Source: Actinomycetes bacterium (lineage in GTDB: Bacteria > Actinomycetota > Acidimicrobiia > Acidimicrobiales > Ilumatobacteraceae). From it: 64,000 nucleotides of DNA. The position numbers and the translations under genes were made by a program. The notes beneath the pieces were generated by a model. That model did no database searches, was not told the DNA's origin, and saw nothing but the letters and a program-made list of their open reading frames with translations. The stretch is from contig JANNNB010000054.1 of assembly GCA_031398325.1 (NCBI GenBank), positions 1,079-65,078 on the forward strand, written 5' to 3'. Of this stretch, positions 38,397 through 46,632 are shown piece by piece (position 1 is the first letter of the stretch; each line of letters opens with the position of its first letter).

Positions 38397-38890
38397 CCAT
38401 GACCGAGACACCAGATCCGGGTTCATTGAGCCTGGACGAACTGCGATCACTCCGTCAGCAACTGCAACTCGAGGACGACGCCGTGTCGTACGCGCGCCGC
38501 GTGGCGCAAGCGAGGCTCGACTTGATCAAGGCCGAGGAAGCACATCGAAGCGATGACAGCAGCAGCGAGGTTGCCGACGATTTGCGTTCCGTACTGTCGC
38601 AGCACCTCACGGGCGGCCCGGCCCGCCCTCCTCGTCCGACGGACGACCTCAGTGATCACCCGCTCGCGATCGAGCTCGACGAACTGTGCACCGCCCATGG
38701 CTTCGGGCACCTGAAGCAACTCGACGATGCCGAGCTGATGACCTTGTCCGCGGCGCTCGGCGAGTTCGAAGCTCGTGTGTCGTCCGACCGCCGGGCGCGG
38801 TTCGATCGACTCGATGCGTTGAGCGCCGAACTCGTGCGCCGCTACCGCGACGGCGAGGCCGACATCGACAAGCTGCTCGACGACGACTGA
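38387..38890 (+). CDS. Coiled-coil protein, RsiG-like anti-sigma candidate
   Basis: LEDDAVSYARRVAQARLDLIKAE contains D-x3-S-x2-R-x3-Q-x3-D. A second helix, EARVSSDRRARFDRLDALSAELVRRY, contains E-x3-S-x2-R-x3-F-x3-D. This resembles the RsiG E(x)3S(x)2R(x)3Q(x)3D c-di-GMP motif. The alternative ATG at 38399 avoids the overlap with the MoaD-like gene. Confidence 0.45.
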   Translation: MYVTMTETPDPGSLSLDELRSLRQQLQLEDDAVSYARRVAQARLDLIKAEEAHRSDDSSSEVADDLRSVLSQHLTGGPARPPRPTDDLSDHPLAIELDELCTAHGFGHLKQLDDAELMTLSAALGEFEARVSSDRRARFDRLDALSAELVRRYRDGEADIDKLLDDD

Positions 38891-38897
38891 ATTCGCT

Positions 38898-40112
38898 GTG
38901 CAACGTGTCGCGATGATCTCGCTCCACACGTCGCCGCTGCTCCAACCGGGTGCTGGCGACAGTGGAGGGATGAACGTCTACGTGCGCGAGCTCGTCTCGG
39001 CACTCGCCCAAGCCGGCGTCGAGTGCACCACCTTCACCCGCGCCGATCGCGCCGGGCTGCCGAGTGAGGTGCTGGTGGAACCCGGTCATCGAGTGGTGCA
39101 CATCGAGGCCGGCCCGCACCACTTGCCGAAGGAAGCGCTCCCCGACATCACCGACCTCTTCCGGCGGGGCGTGCTCGACTGGGTCGACGCGCACGACCGG
39201 CCCGACGTGATCCATGGCAACTACTGGCTGAGCGGAGTGGTCGGACACCGTCTGAAGCACGACCTGGGCGTGCCGTTCGTCTCGACGTTCCACACCTTGG
39301 CGAGGGTCAAAGCCGAGGGTGGCGATCCCGAGCCCGTCTGGCGCGAGACGGCGGAGGCCGAGATCGTCCAGTGCGCCGATGCGATCTGCGTGAGCTGCGA
39401 TGCCGAGGAAGAGCAGTTCCGTCGCCTGTACGGCACCCCGCAAGGCCGGCTGGAGATCATCGCGCCCGGGGTCGAGCATGCGTTCTTCGCTCCGGGCGAT
39501 CGGTCGGGGGCGCGACGAGCGCTCGGCTTCGACCTCGATCGGCCGTTGCTGCTCTTCGTGGGTCGCATCCAGCCGCTGAAGGGTCCTGACGTGGCCGTGC
39601 GAGCCCTGGCCGAGCTGGGGCGGCCGAACGCACAGCTCGTGATCGTCGGAGGGGCGAGCGGCGACGCGGGGGGCGACGAGGCGATCCGCATCCGAGCGCT
39701 CGTCGACGAACTCGGTCTCAACGATCGCGTGCACTTCGTCGAACCGCAGCCTCACCACATCCTGTCGACCTACTACCGGGCCGCCGACATCGTGCTGGTG
39801 CCGAGCCGCAGCGAGAGCTTCGGACTCGTCGCGTTGGAGGCCGCAGCGTGCGGCATTCCGGTGGTGGCGAGTGCGGTCGGCGGGCTGCTCAGCCTGGTCG
39901 ACGACCATGTGACCGGTCGACTCATCGACGGTCGTGATCCGAGTGAGTACGCCCGTGCCGTCGGCGGGCTCCTCGACGACGATGGCCTTCGTCGCTCGAT
40001 GTCGATCGCCGCGGTCGAGCGCGCCAGGAGTTACACCTGGAGCTTCGCTGCCGCACGTCTCCGTCGCCTCTACAGCGACCTCACGGTCCGCGAACGGGTG
40101 ACGTGCACATGA
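38898..40112 (+). CDS. mshA: D-inositol-3-phosphate glycosyltransferase (mycothiol biosynthesis)
   Basis: ISLHTSPLLQPGAGDSGGMNVYVRELVSALAQAGV is the hallmark MshA N-terminus. The GT4 C-terminus is PSRSESFGLVALEAAACGIPVVAS. Confidence 0.85.
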   Translation: MQRVAMISLHTSPLLQPGAGDSGGMNVYVRELVSALAQAGVECTTFTRADRAGLPSEVLVEPGHRVVHIEAGPHHLPKEALPDITDLFRRGVLDWVDAHDRPDVIHGNYWLSGVVGHRLKHDLGVPFVSTFHTLARVKAEGGDPEPVWRETAEAEIVQCADAICVSCDAEEEQFRRLYGTPQGRLEIIAPGVEHAFFAPGDRSGARRALGFDLDRPLLLFVGRIQPLKGPDVAVRALAELGRPNAQLVIVGGASGDAGGDEAIRIRALVDELGLNDRVHFVEPQPHHILSTYYRAADIVLVPSRSESFGLVALEAAACGIPVVASAVGGLLSLVDDHVTGRLIDGRDPSEYARAVGGLLDDDGLRRSMSIAAVERARSYTWSFAAARLRRLYSDLTVRERVTCT

Positions 40113-40570
40113 TCGAAGCGTTCGATCCTCAACAGCTGGCGGTGCTCGAGCGTCAGATCGACGAGTGGCTGGCGGCGCTGCACCACGATCACGACCATGT
40201 CGTCGCGATCGATCGCGCCACCGATGGACCCGTGCGTTGGTACGTGCGGATGCGCGGTGAGGAAAAGGAATTCACCACGGTGTGGGTGACGCTCGGTCAG
40301 CGCACGTTGCGCTACGAGACCTACGTGCTGCCTGCACCCGAGGAGAACGCCGTCGTTCTCTACGAGAACCTGTTGCGCCGCAACGAGCGCCTGGTCGGAG
40401 CGCATTTCTCGATCGGCATCGAGGACGCCGTGTTCCTGCGTGGGGAGATGCCGGTCGGGATGGTCTCGCTCGTCGAGATCGACCGCGCTCTCGGCACGCT
40501 GTACGCGCAGGTCGAGCAGTGCTTCCAAGGCCTGCTCCGGATCGCCTTCGCCAGTCGCTTCGCCAGCTGA
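40109..40570 (+). CDS. YbjN-like domain protein (Rv0487-type mshA neighbour)
   Basis: ATG at 40109 forms an ATGA overlap with the mshA stop. Size and position match the conserved hypothetical gene downstream of mshA in actinobacteria, as I remember it. Confidence 0.55.
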   Translation: MIEAFDPQQLAVLERQIDEWLAALHHDHDHVVAIDRATDGPVRWYVRMRGEEKEFTTVWVTLGQRTLRYETYVLPAPEENAVVLYENLLRRNERLVGAHFSIGIEDAVFLRGEMPVGMVSLVEIDRALGTLYAQVEQCFQGLLRIAFASRFAS

Positions 40571-40690
40571 TCGTCCCGGCGGCTCCTCGGCAGTCGCTCC
40601 TCGTCGGGATCACCTTCCCCTTCGATCGACTGGTCGCCCACGTTTCATTGCCTGGGTGGGTGTGCTCGGGGGAGTCGGTACCCACTCCAT

Positions 40691-40768
40691 CCACCCGGGC
40701 GACCGGCTCCTCGCGCCACCGGCCACTCGCGCTACCGCCACCCGGGCGACCGACCACCCGGGCGACCG
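40691..40768. repeat. Three direct copies of a 15-mer (CCACCCGGGCGACCG) in the 290-bp spacer upstream of proC
   Basis: Copies at 40691-40705, 40738-40752 and 40754-40768. A short gctaccg motif is also duplicated. Confidence 0.6.
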
Positions 40769-40858
40769 ACGACGCGGGGCTACCGTCACGGGATGTCGAC
40801 GCCCGGATCGCCTGCAGTCAACCCGTCCTCCGACCGACCCGCGAACGGTGATCCGTTC

Positions 40859-41656
40859 GTGTCGGATGTCGTGGTCGTCGAGGTCGTGGTCGTCGGCGGC
40901 GGGAACATGGGAGCGGCGCTCATCGGCGGGATGATCGAGTCGGGTGCGTTCTCGCCGGATCGGCTCGGGGTGGTCGAAGTCGTGAAGGCGCGGCGCGGCG
41001 AGCTGGCGGCGATGTTCCCCGGCGTACGCGTCTCTGCCGAGATTCCTCCGTGTCGTTCCGCGGTGCTCGCAGTGAAGCCGGTGGATGCCGCATCGGCCGC
41101 CAGCGCTGCGGTGGCCGCAGGGGCGACCCGCGTGCTGTCCATCGCAGCCGGGGTTCGGCTGGCCACGTTGGAGACGGCCGCCGGACCGGGTGCTGCGGTC
41201 ATTCGGGCGATGCCGAACACCCCCGCACTCGTCGGGAAGGGCGCTGCCGCCATCGCCGCCGGCGCCGGCGCCGATGCCGCCGCCCTCGACTGGGCGGCAG
41301 CGATCCTCGGAGCCGTGGGTACGGTCGACGTACTGGACGAGTCGTCGATCGACGTGTTCACGGGTGTCGCCGGGTCGGGACCGGCCTACCTGTTCCTCGT
41401 TGCCGAGGCGTTGACCGACGCCGCCATCGCCGAAGGCCTCGACCGATCGGTCGCAGAGCGCATCGTGCGGCAACTCCTACTGGGGTCCGCGGTCCTGCTC
41501 GATCGGGAACTCGACCCCGTTCGCCTGCGCCAACAGGTGACGTCGCCGGGCGGAACGACCGCTGCCGGAGTCGCAGTGCTGGAGAATGCGGGCCTCCGCC
41601 GGATCGTGCATGACGCAGTCGTCGCGGCGACGGCGCGCAGTCGGGAACTCGGCTGA
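40859..41656 (+). CDS. proC: Pyrroline-5-carboxylate reductase
   Basis: VVVGGGNMGAALIGGM, AMPNTPALVGKGAAAI, VTSPGGTTAAGVAVLE. The start is uncertain (GTG at 40859 proposed; the track start at 40793 seems too long). Confidence 0.85.
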   Translation: MSDVVVVEVVVVGGGNMGAALIGGMIESGAFSPDRLGVVEVVKARRGELAAMFPGVRVSAEIPPCRSAVLAVKPVDAASAASAAVAAGATRVLSIAAGVRLATLETAAGPGAAVIRAMPNTPALVGKGAAAIAAGAGADAAALDWAAAILGAVGTVDVLDESSIDVFTGVAGSGPAYLFLVAEALTDAAIAEGLDRSVAERIVRQLLLGSAVLLDRELDPVRLRQQVTSPGGTTAAGVAVLENAGLRRIVHDAVVAATARSRELG

Positions 41657-41798
41657 CGAACATCAGGGTCACCGACGCGGTGCCACATTTTTGAATTACT
41701 TGCATGTTTTTTCGACGTGTCACTTTTCACATCCGGTTTCTTCCTCTATCGTGCGGCACGTGGAGACGCGTTCGCCGGTGACGGCGAGCAGCGCCGAC

Positions 41799-41849
41799 AG
41801 GGCTGGTGCCATCGGGGGGTTGGCACCGGCCCTTGTCGCGTTTTCGGGC
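41799..41849 (+). terminator. Hairpin plus short U-run in the leader of the DUF62 gene (candidate attenuator or terminator)
   Basis: agggctggtgcc-atcggggggtt-ggcaccggccct (12 bp including one G-U pair), then tgtcgcgttttcgggc. An unusually AT-rich ~80-nt island (41681-41760) lies upstream. Confidence 0.35.
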
Positions 41850-41882
41850 AGCATGTATCCGGCCCGGTAGGTTCGGCGCTCC

Positions 41883-42767
41883 ATGGGTCGCCGCTATGAC
41901 ACCGTCTCCTTCCTGACGGACTACGGGGTCGCCGACGAATTCGCCGGCGTCGTGCGTTCGGTCATCCGTGACATCGCACCCCACGTGACCGTCGTCGACC
42001 TGACCCACGGCATCCGCCCGTTCGATGTCCGCGGCGGTTCACTGGCCCTCGCCCGCAGCATCGGGTACGTCGCGTCCGGCGTGGTGCTGGCGGTCGTCGA
42101 CCCCGGTGTCGGGTCGGCTCGCCGTGCCGTGGCCATCGAGGTGGCCGGGGGCGAAGGGATCCTCGTCGGTCCCGACAACGGGTTGCTCGCACCTGCGGTC
42201 GCGATGGTCGGTGGAGCGGAGCGGGCCGTCGAGCTGACCAACCCACGGTTCCAGATTCCGAGCCCGAGCGCCACGTTCGCGGGCCGCGACGTGTTCGGAC
42301 CCGCTGCTGCCCATCTGTGCAACGGCATCGAACTGATGGAACTCGGCGATGAGATCGACGTCGACCTGCTGATGCCGGGCATCGTTCCGCTCGCGCAGAT
42401 CGGTGACGAGATCGTGATCGCTCAGGTCCTGTGGGTCGACCAGTTCGGCAATGTGCAGCTCAATGTCGGGCCCGTTGACCTTCCATCCGGGTTCGGTGAG
42501 CACATCTCCTTGCGTATTGACGCGCCGACCGATCCGTCGGGTGCCTCCTCACGGAGCGCCAGGCGGGCGCCGTCGTTCTCCGATCTGGCGGCAGGGTCGA
42601 TCGGGCTCGTGGTCGACTCGTCGGGCCTGCTCGCGATCGCGATGGACCAGCGCTCGGCAGCCGACGAACTCGGCCTGGACGTCGGCGACCAGGTGACGCT
42701 CCGTGCGGACGACTCTGGCGACTCGTCCGATGGGCTCACCCAGTCGGTGAGCATCCGGCCGCGCTGA
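41883..42767 (+). CDS. S-adenosyl-L-methionine hydroxide adenosyltransferase family protein (DUF62, fluorinase/chlorinase-like)
   Basis: VSFLTDYGVADEFAGVVRSVI...VVDLTHGI...AVVDPGVGS.RR...GPDNGLL...FAGRDVFGPAAAHL. Confidence 0.8.
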   Translation: MGRRYDTVSFLTDYGVADEFAGVVRSVIRDIAPHVTVVDLTHGIRPFDVRGGSLALARSIGYVASGVVLAVVDPGVGSARRAVAIEVAGGEGILVGPDNGLLAPAVAMVGGAERAVELTNPRFQIPSPSATFAGRDVFGPAAAHLCNGIELMELGDEIDVDLLMPGIVPLAQIGDEIVIAQVLWVDQFGNVQLNVGPVDLPSGFGEHISLRIDAPTDPSGASSRSARRAPSFSDLAAGSIGLVVDSSGLLAIAMDQRSAADELGLDVGDQVTLRADDSGDSSDGLTQSVSIRPR

Positions 42768-42963
42768 CGTCGTCGTGGTTGCAGCCGTTAGCGTTGATGA
42801 CGATGCGACCTGCAACGACCTTGACACTCGGGCTCCTCTTGCTCGTGATCCTGCTCGCAGGCACCATCTCCCTCGTGCGCCTGTGATCGAACAGCGTCGG
42901 GGTCCGATCCCGTTGGGCTAACGTCCGACCCGGAGTTCGGGGATGGTTCCTCGAGGGGGTCCT

Positions 42964-44502
42964 ATGAATCTCGCCAGCATCATCGACGATCACGCGCCCG
43001 ACGCGACCGCGCTGATCTTCAAGAACCGCGTCACGACGTACGGCGAACTGCGCGACGAGGTCGCTCGCTGCCGTGGGGGATTGCGCGAACTGGGGGTCGA
43101 GTCGGGCGATCGTGTGGCCGTGGTGTGCAGCAACGGCGTGCCGTTCGTCGTCGTCTACCTCGCTGCACTCGGTCTCGGCGCGGTGACCGTGCCGCTCAAC
43201 CCGACCAGCCCGGCACCAGAACTGCAATGCGAAGTCGCGGTCGTCGGTGCGAAGGTGGTCGTGGTCGAGCGAGCCAGCGCGGTCACCTGGGCATCGGTCG
43301 ACCGCTCCGCGGTGCCGTCGGTCGAGTCCGTGATCACGACCGACCCTGCCGCCAGCCACCCGACGGCAGCGACGTCGGATGTCATCCCGTTGGACCGTCT
43401 CCTCACGAGTGAACCGGTCGATCGGATCGACGTGGGCGACGACCATCTCGCGGTGCTCATCTTCACCAGCGGCACAGCTGGAGCACCCCGCGCGGCGATG
43501 CTCACGCACGGCAACCTGTCGGCGAACATCGAACAGGGGCTCAGCGCAGCCGGGCACATCAACGGCGACGACGTGATCTACGGCGTGCTCCCGCTGTTCC
43601 ACATCTTCGGACTCAACGTGGTGCTCGGTCTGGGCCTGCGCGTCGGCGCCACCGTGGTGCTGGTGCAACGTTTCGATCCCGCCACAGCGGTGCAGTCGAT
43701 CCAGGACCGCCGCATCACGGTCATCCCCGGGGCGCCCGCCCTGTGGGCAGCGTTCGCCCACTTCGACGGTTTACCGGCCGACACCTTCGCCAGCGTGCGT
43801 TTGGCGCTGTCGGGGGCATCCCGGCTCCCGGTCAGCGTCGCCGAGACGATGGTCGAACGTTTCGGTGTGGAGATCCGAGAGGGCTACGGCCTCACCGAGG
43901 CGTCGCCCATCGTGACCACGTCGACCGGTGCCCCCGTCAGGTTCGGCTCGGTCGGTCGAGCGTTGAGCGGTGTCCAGGTCAGACTCGTCGGGCGCGACGG
44001 CGATGCCCTCGTGGGTGATGTCGGCGAGGTCTGGGTCAAGGGTGAGAACGTGTTCGCCGGCTACCTCGACGACCCGGAGGCGACGGCAGCCGTGTTCTCG
44101 GACGACGGTTGGCTCCATACGGGCGACATGGCCACGGTCGATGACGACGGCTATCTTTTCCTGGTCGACCGGGTGAAGGACCTGATCATCGTGTCTGGCT
44201 TCAACGTCTTCCCGGCCGAGGTCGAAGAGATGCTCGCCACCCATCCCGAAGTCGTCGAGGTGGCCGTGATCGGGGTGCCTCATCCCCACACCGGTGAGGC
44301 TGTCAAGGCGTACGTGGTGCTCCAGCCTGGCTCGCTGCTCGACGAGGAGACGGTGATCGACTTCTCGCTCGACCATCTGGCCCGCTACAAGTGCCCGAGC
44401 AAGGTGATCTTCGTCGACGCGCTGCCGCGGAATGCCTCGGGCAAACTCGTCAGGCGGAGCCTCGACGACGCCCTGCGGGTCGGCATGTCCGCCCCCTCCT
44501 GA
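42964..44502 (+). CDS. Acyl-CoA synthetase / long-chain fatty-acid--CoA ligase (ANL superfamily)
   Basis: AMP-binding motif IFTSGTAGAPRAAMLTHGN, YGLTEASP, WLHTGDMA, DRVKDLIIVSGFNVFPAEVE, GKLVRR. ATG at 42964 is preceded by GAGGGGG. Confidence 0.85.
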   Translation: MNLASIIDDHAPDATALIFKNRVTTYGELRDEVARCRGGLRELGVESGDRVAVVCSNGVPFVVVYLAALGLGAVTVPLNPTSPAPELQCEVAVVGAKVVVVERASAVTWASVDRSAVPSVESVITTDPAASHPTAATSDVIPLDRLLTSEPVDRIDVGDDHLAVLIFTSGTAGAPRAAMLTHGNLSANIEQGLSAAGHINGDDVIYGVLPLFHIFGLNVVLGLGLRVGATVVLVQRFDPATAVQSIQDRRITVIPGAPALWAAFAHFDGLPADTFASVRLALSGASRLPVSVAETMVERFGVEIREGYGLTEASPIVTTSTGAPVRFGSVGRALSGVQVRLVGRDGDALVGDVGEVWVKGENVFAGYLDDPEATAAVFSDDGWLHTGDMATVDDDGYLFLVDRVKDLIIVSGFNVFPAEVEEMLATHPEVVEVAVIGVPHPHTGEAVKAYVVLQPGSLLDEETVIDFSLDHLARYKCPSKVIFVDALPRNASGKLVRRSLDDALRVGMSAPS

Positions 44503-44554
44503 ACGGAGCCGGGAGCGGGCGTGACCGACGTCGCCGCCAGAACTCGGAGTAGCT

Positions 44555-44572
44555 TTGTGAAAACGTGCACGA
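44555..44572 (+). promoter_or_regulatory. Rex operator (ROP)-like site upstream of rex
   Basis: TTGTGAAAACGTGCACGA versus the ROP consensus TTGTGAA-N4-TTCACAA. The left half is perfect and the right half partial. It lies 22 nt upstream of the rex start. Confidence 0.5.
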
Positions 44573-44593
44573 GCGACCTAACGTGGTCGGTGC

Positions 44594-45298
44594 ATGGCAG
44601 GCAACCGAGTGCGACGACGGATACCCGAGGCGACCGTTGCCCGGCTACCCGTGTACCTCCGAATCCTGTCCGACCAGCTGGACAACGCCGTCGTGACCAT
44701 GTCGTCGGAGGAGCTCGCCGAGTTCGCCGGCGTCAACGCCGCCAAGGTTCGCAAGGATCTGAGCTACCTCGGTAGTTACGGCACGCGCGGTGTCGGTTAC
44801 GACACCGATTTCCTCGTGTACCAGATCCGGCGGGAGCTCGGCCTCACCCACGACTGGCCGGTCGTCATCGTCGGTGCCGGCAACCTCGGACAGGCCCTTG
44901 CCGGGTACAACGGTTTCGGCGACCGCGGGTTTCCCGTCGGTGGCATCGTCGATGTCGACGCCGCCAAGATCGGGTCCGTCATCGGCGGCGTGCGCGTCCG
45001 GCACCTCGACGAGATGGGCCAGGTCGTCCAACAGCGCGGCATCTCGATCGGTGTCATCGCCACGCCCGGTGCCGCCGCGCAGGATGCAGCAGATGCGCTC
45101 GTCTTGGCTGGGGTCACCAGCATCTTGAACTTCGCTCCCTCGGTGATCAGCGTGCCCCACGGGATCAGCGTGGGCAAGGTCGACCTGGCGGTCGAGTTGC
45201 AGATCCTCGCCTATCACGAACAGCGTCGCGCATCGGCGACCTCGAGCGCACCGTTGCGTGCAGTGCCCGGGGACAGTCGTCGGGGCGCGAGCGCCTAG
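44594..45298 (+). CDS. rex: Redox-sensing transcriptional repressor Rex
   Basis: RIPEATVARLPVYLRIL, YLGSYGTRGVGY, VVIVGAGNLGQALA, NFAP. Confidence 0.9.
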   Translation: MAGNRVRRRIPEATVARLPVYLRILSDQLDNAVVTMSSEELAEFAGVNAAKVRKDLSYLGSYGTRGVGYDTDFLVYQIRRELGLTHDWPVVIVGAGNLGQALAGYNGFGDRGFPVGGIVDVDAAKIGSVIGGVRVRHLDEMGQVVQQRGISIGVIATPGAAAQDAADALVLAGVTSILNFAPSVISVPHGISVGKVDLAVELQILAYHEQRRASATSSAPLRAVPGDSRRGASA

Positions 45299-45311
45299 GG
45301 TTGTCGTCGTC

Positions 45312-46577
45312 ATGTCGATTCTGGTCGTCGGTATCAACCATCGCAGTAGCCCGCTGTCGTTGCTGGAGCGCGTCACGGTCGTCCCCGACAAGGTCGGCAA
45401 GGCGGTCTCCGGGCTGGCAATGCGCGACAACATCCGCGAGGCGGTCGTGTTGTCGACATGCAACCGCACCGAGGTCTACGTGGTCACCGAGCTGTTCCAC
45501 GGGGCGTACGCCGACGTGCGCGACTTCTTCTGTGAACTCGGGGACCTCTCGGTCGACGAGCTGATCCCACACCTCTACAGCCAGCACGATTCGACCGCCG
45601 TCGGTCACCTCTTCGAAGTGGCGGCCGGTCTCGACTCCGCCGTGCTCGGCGAGAGCGAGATCCTCGGTCAGGTTCGCAGCGCGTGGGAGGTCGCCCAGCA
45701 CGAAGGGGCCGCCCGGTCGACGCTGAACCTGTTGTTCCGCACCGCTGTCGAGGCCGGCAAGCGGGCCCGTACCGAAACCGGAATCGGCCGCGGCACCGCC
45801 TCGGTCAGCCACGCTGCGGTCGAGATGATCTCCGAGGTCGTCGGCGATCTCGCCGGCAAGCGCGTGCTCGTCATCGGTGCGGGTGCGATGGGCGAAGGGG
45901 TGGCGGTGGCGCTGCACCGCGCCGGCGGCGCCGACATCCTGGTGGCCAACCGTTCGGCGAACCGTGGTTCGAGCCTTGCCGATCGAGTCGGTGGTGTCGC
46001 CGTCGGGTTCGAGCGCCTGGACGATGCGATCGCCGCGGCCGACGTGATCGTTGCGAGCACGGGGGCGGCGGAGCCGGTCCTGCCGGTCACCCTGGTCAAG
46101 GCGGCGCGGTCTGGCCCACGCTCGGCACGACCGTTGCACATCATCGACATCGCGGTGCCTCGCGACGTCGAGGCCGGCGTTGCCGATCTGCCGGGTGTCA
46201 CCGTGCTCGATCTCGACGACCTGCGGGACTGGGCCGACCGAGGCCTCAGTCACCGAGCCGCTGAAGCCGAACGGGCCCGAGAGATCGTGTGGGAGGAGGT
46301 CGACCGATTCGAACTCGAATCGACCGCGCGCCAGGCCGCACCGCTCGTCGCTGCGATGCACAACGCGGCCGATGTCATCCGTGTCCGCGAACTCGATCGG
46401 TTCGCCTCGGCGTTGTCGGGCCTCGACGACACGCAACGTGGCGCGGTCGACGCGCTGACGCGCGCGATCGTTGCGAAGCTGCTGCACGAGCCCTCCGTGC
46501 GTCTCAAGGCGCAGGCGGGGACACCGCAGGGCGAGCGCAACGCCGTGACCATGCGCGACCTGTTCGACCTCACCTGA
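45312..46577 (+). CDS. hemA: Glutamyl-tRNA reductase
   Basis: MSILVVGINHRSSPLSLLE, VLSTCNRTEVY, VLGESEILGQV, VLVIGAGAMGE. Confidence 0.9.
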   Translation: MSILVVGINHRSSPLSLLERVTVVPDKVGKAVSGLAMRDNIREAVVLSTCNRTEVYVVTELFHGAYADVRDFFCELGDLSVDELIPHLYSQHDSTAVGHLFEVAAGLDSAVLGESEILGQVRSAWEVAQHEGAARSTLNLLFRTAVEAGKRARTETGIGRGTASVSHAAVEMISEVVGDLAGKRVLVIGAGAMGEGVAVALHRAGGADILVANRSANRGSSLADRVGGVAVGFERLDDAIAAADVIVASTGAAEPVLPVTLVKAARSGPRSARPLHIIDIAVPRDVEAGVADLPGVTVLDLDDLRDWADRGLSHRAAEAERAREIVWEEVDRFELESTARQAAPLVAAMHNAADVIRVRELDRFASALSGLDDTQRGAVDALTRAIVAKLLHEPSVRLKAQAGTPQGERNAVTMRDLFDLT

Positions 46578-46632
46578 GCGGTCGAGCTGGGCGAGAGGGC
46601 TGAACCGTGGGCCGCTGCAGGGCACAACCGAC

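Noticed and set aside
40691-40768. The short direct repeats as a CRISPR array.
   Set aside because: There are only three 15-nt copies with irregular spacers (32 and 1 nt). There is no repeat-spacer periodicity and there are no cas genes.
41657-41760. Small conserved genes that follow proC in mycobacteria (an excisionase-like HTH protein and the bS22 ribosomal peptide) in the AT-rich spacer.
   Set aside because: No frame on either strand encodes a Lys/Arg-rich bS22-like peptide or an HTH-like protein. The only ORF (41717-41899) is an implausible Gly/Arg-rich frame that overlaps the next gene's start.
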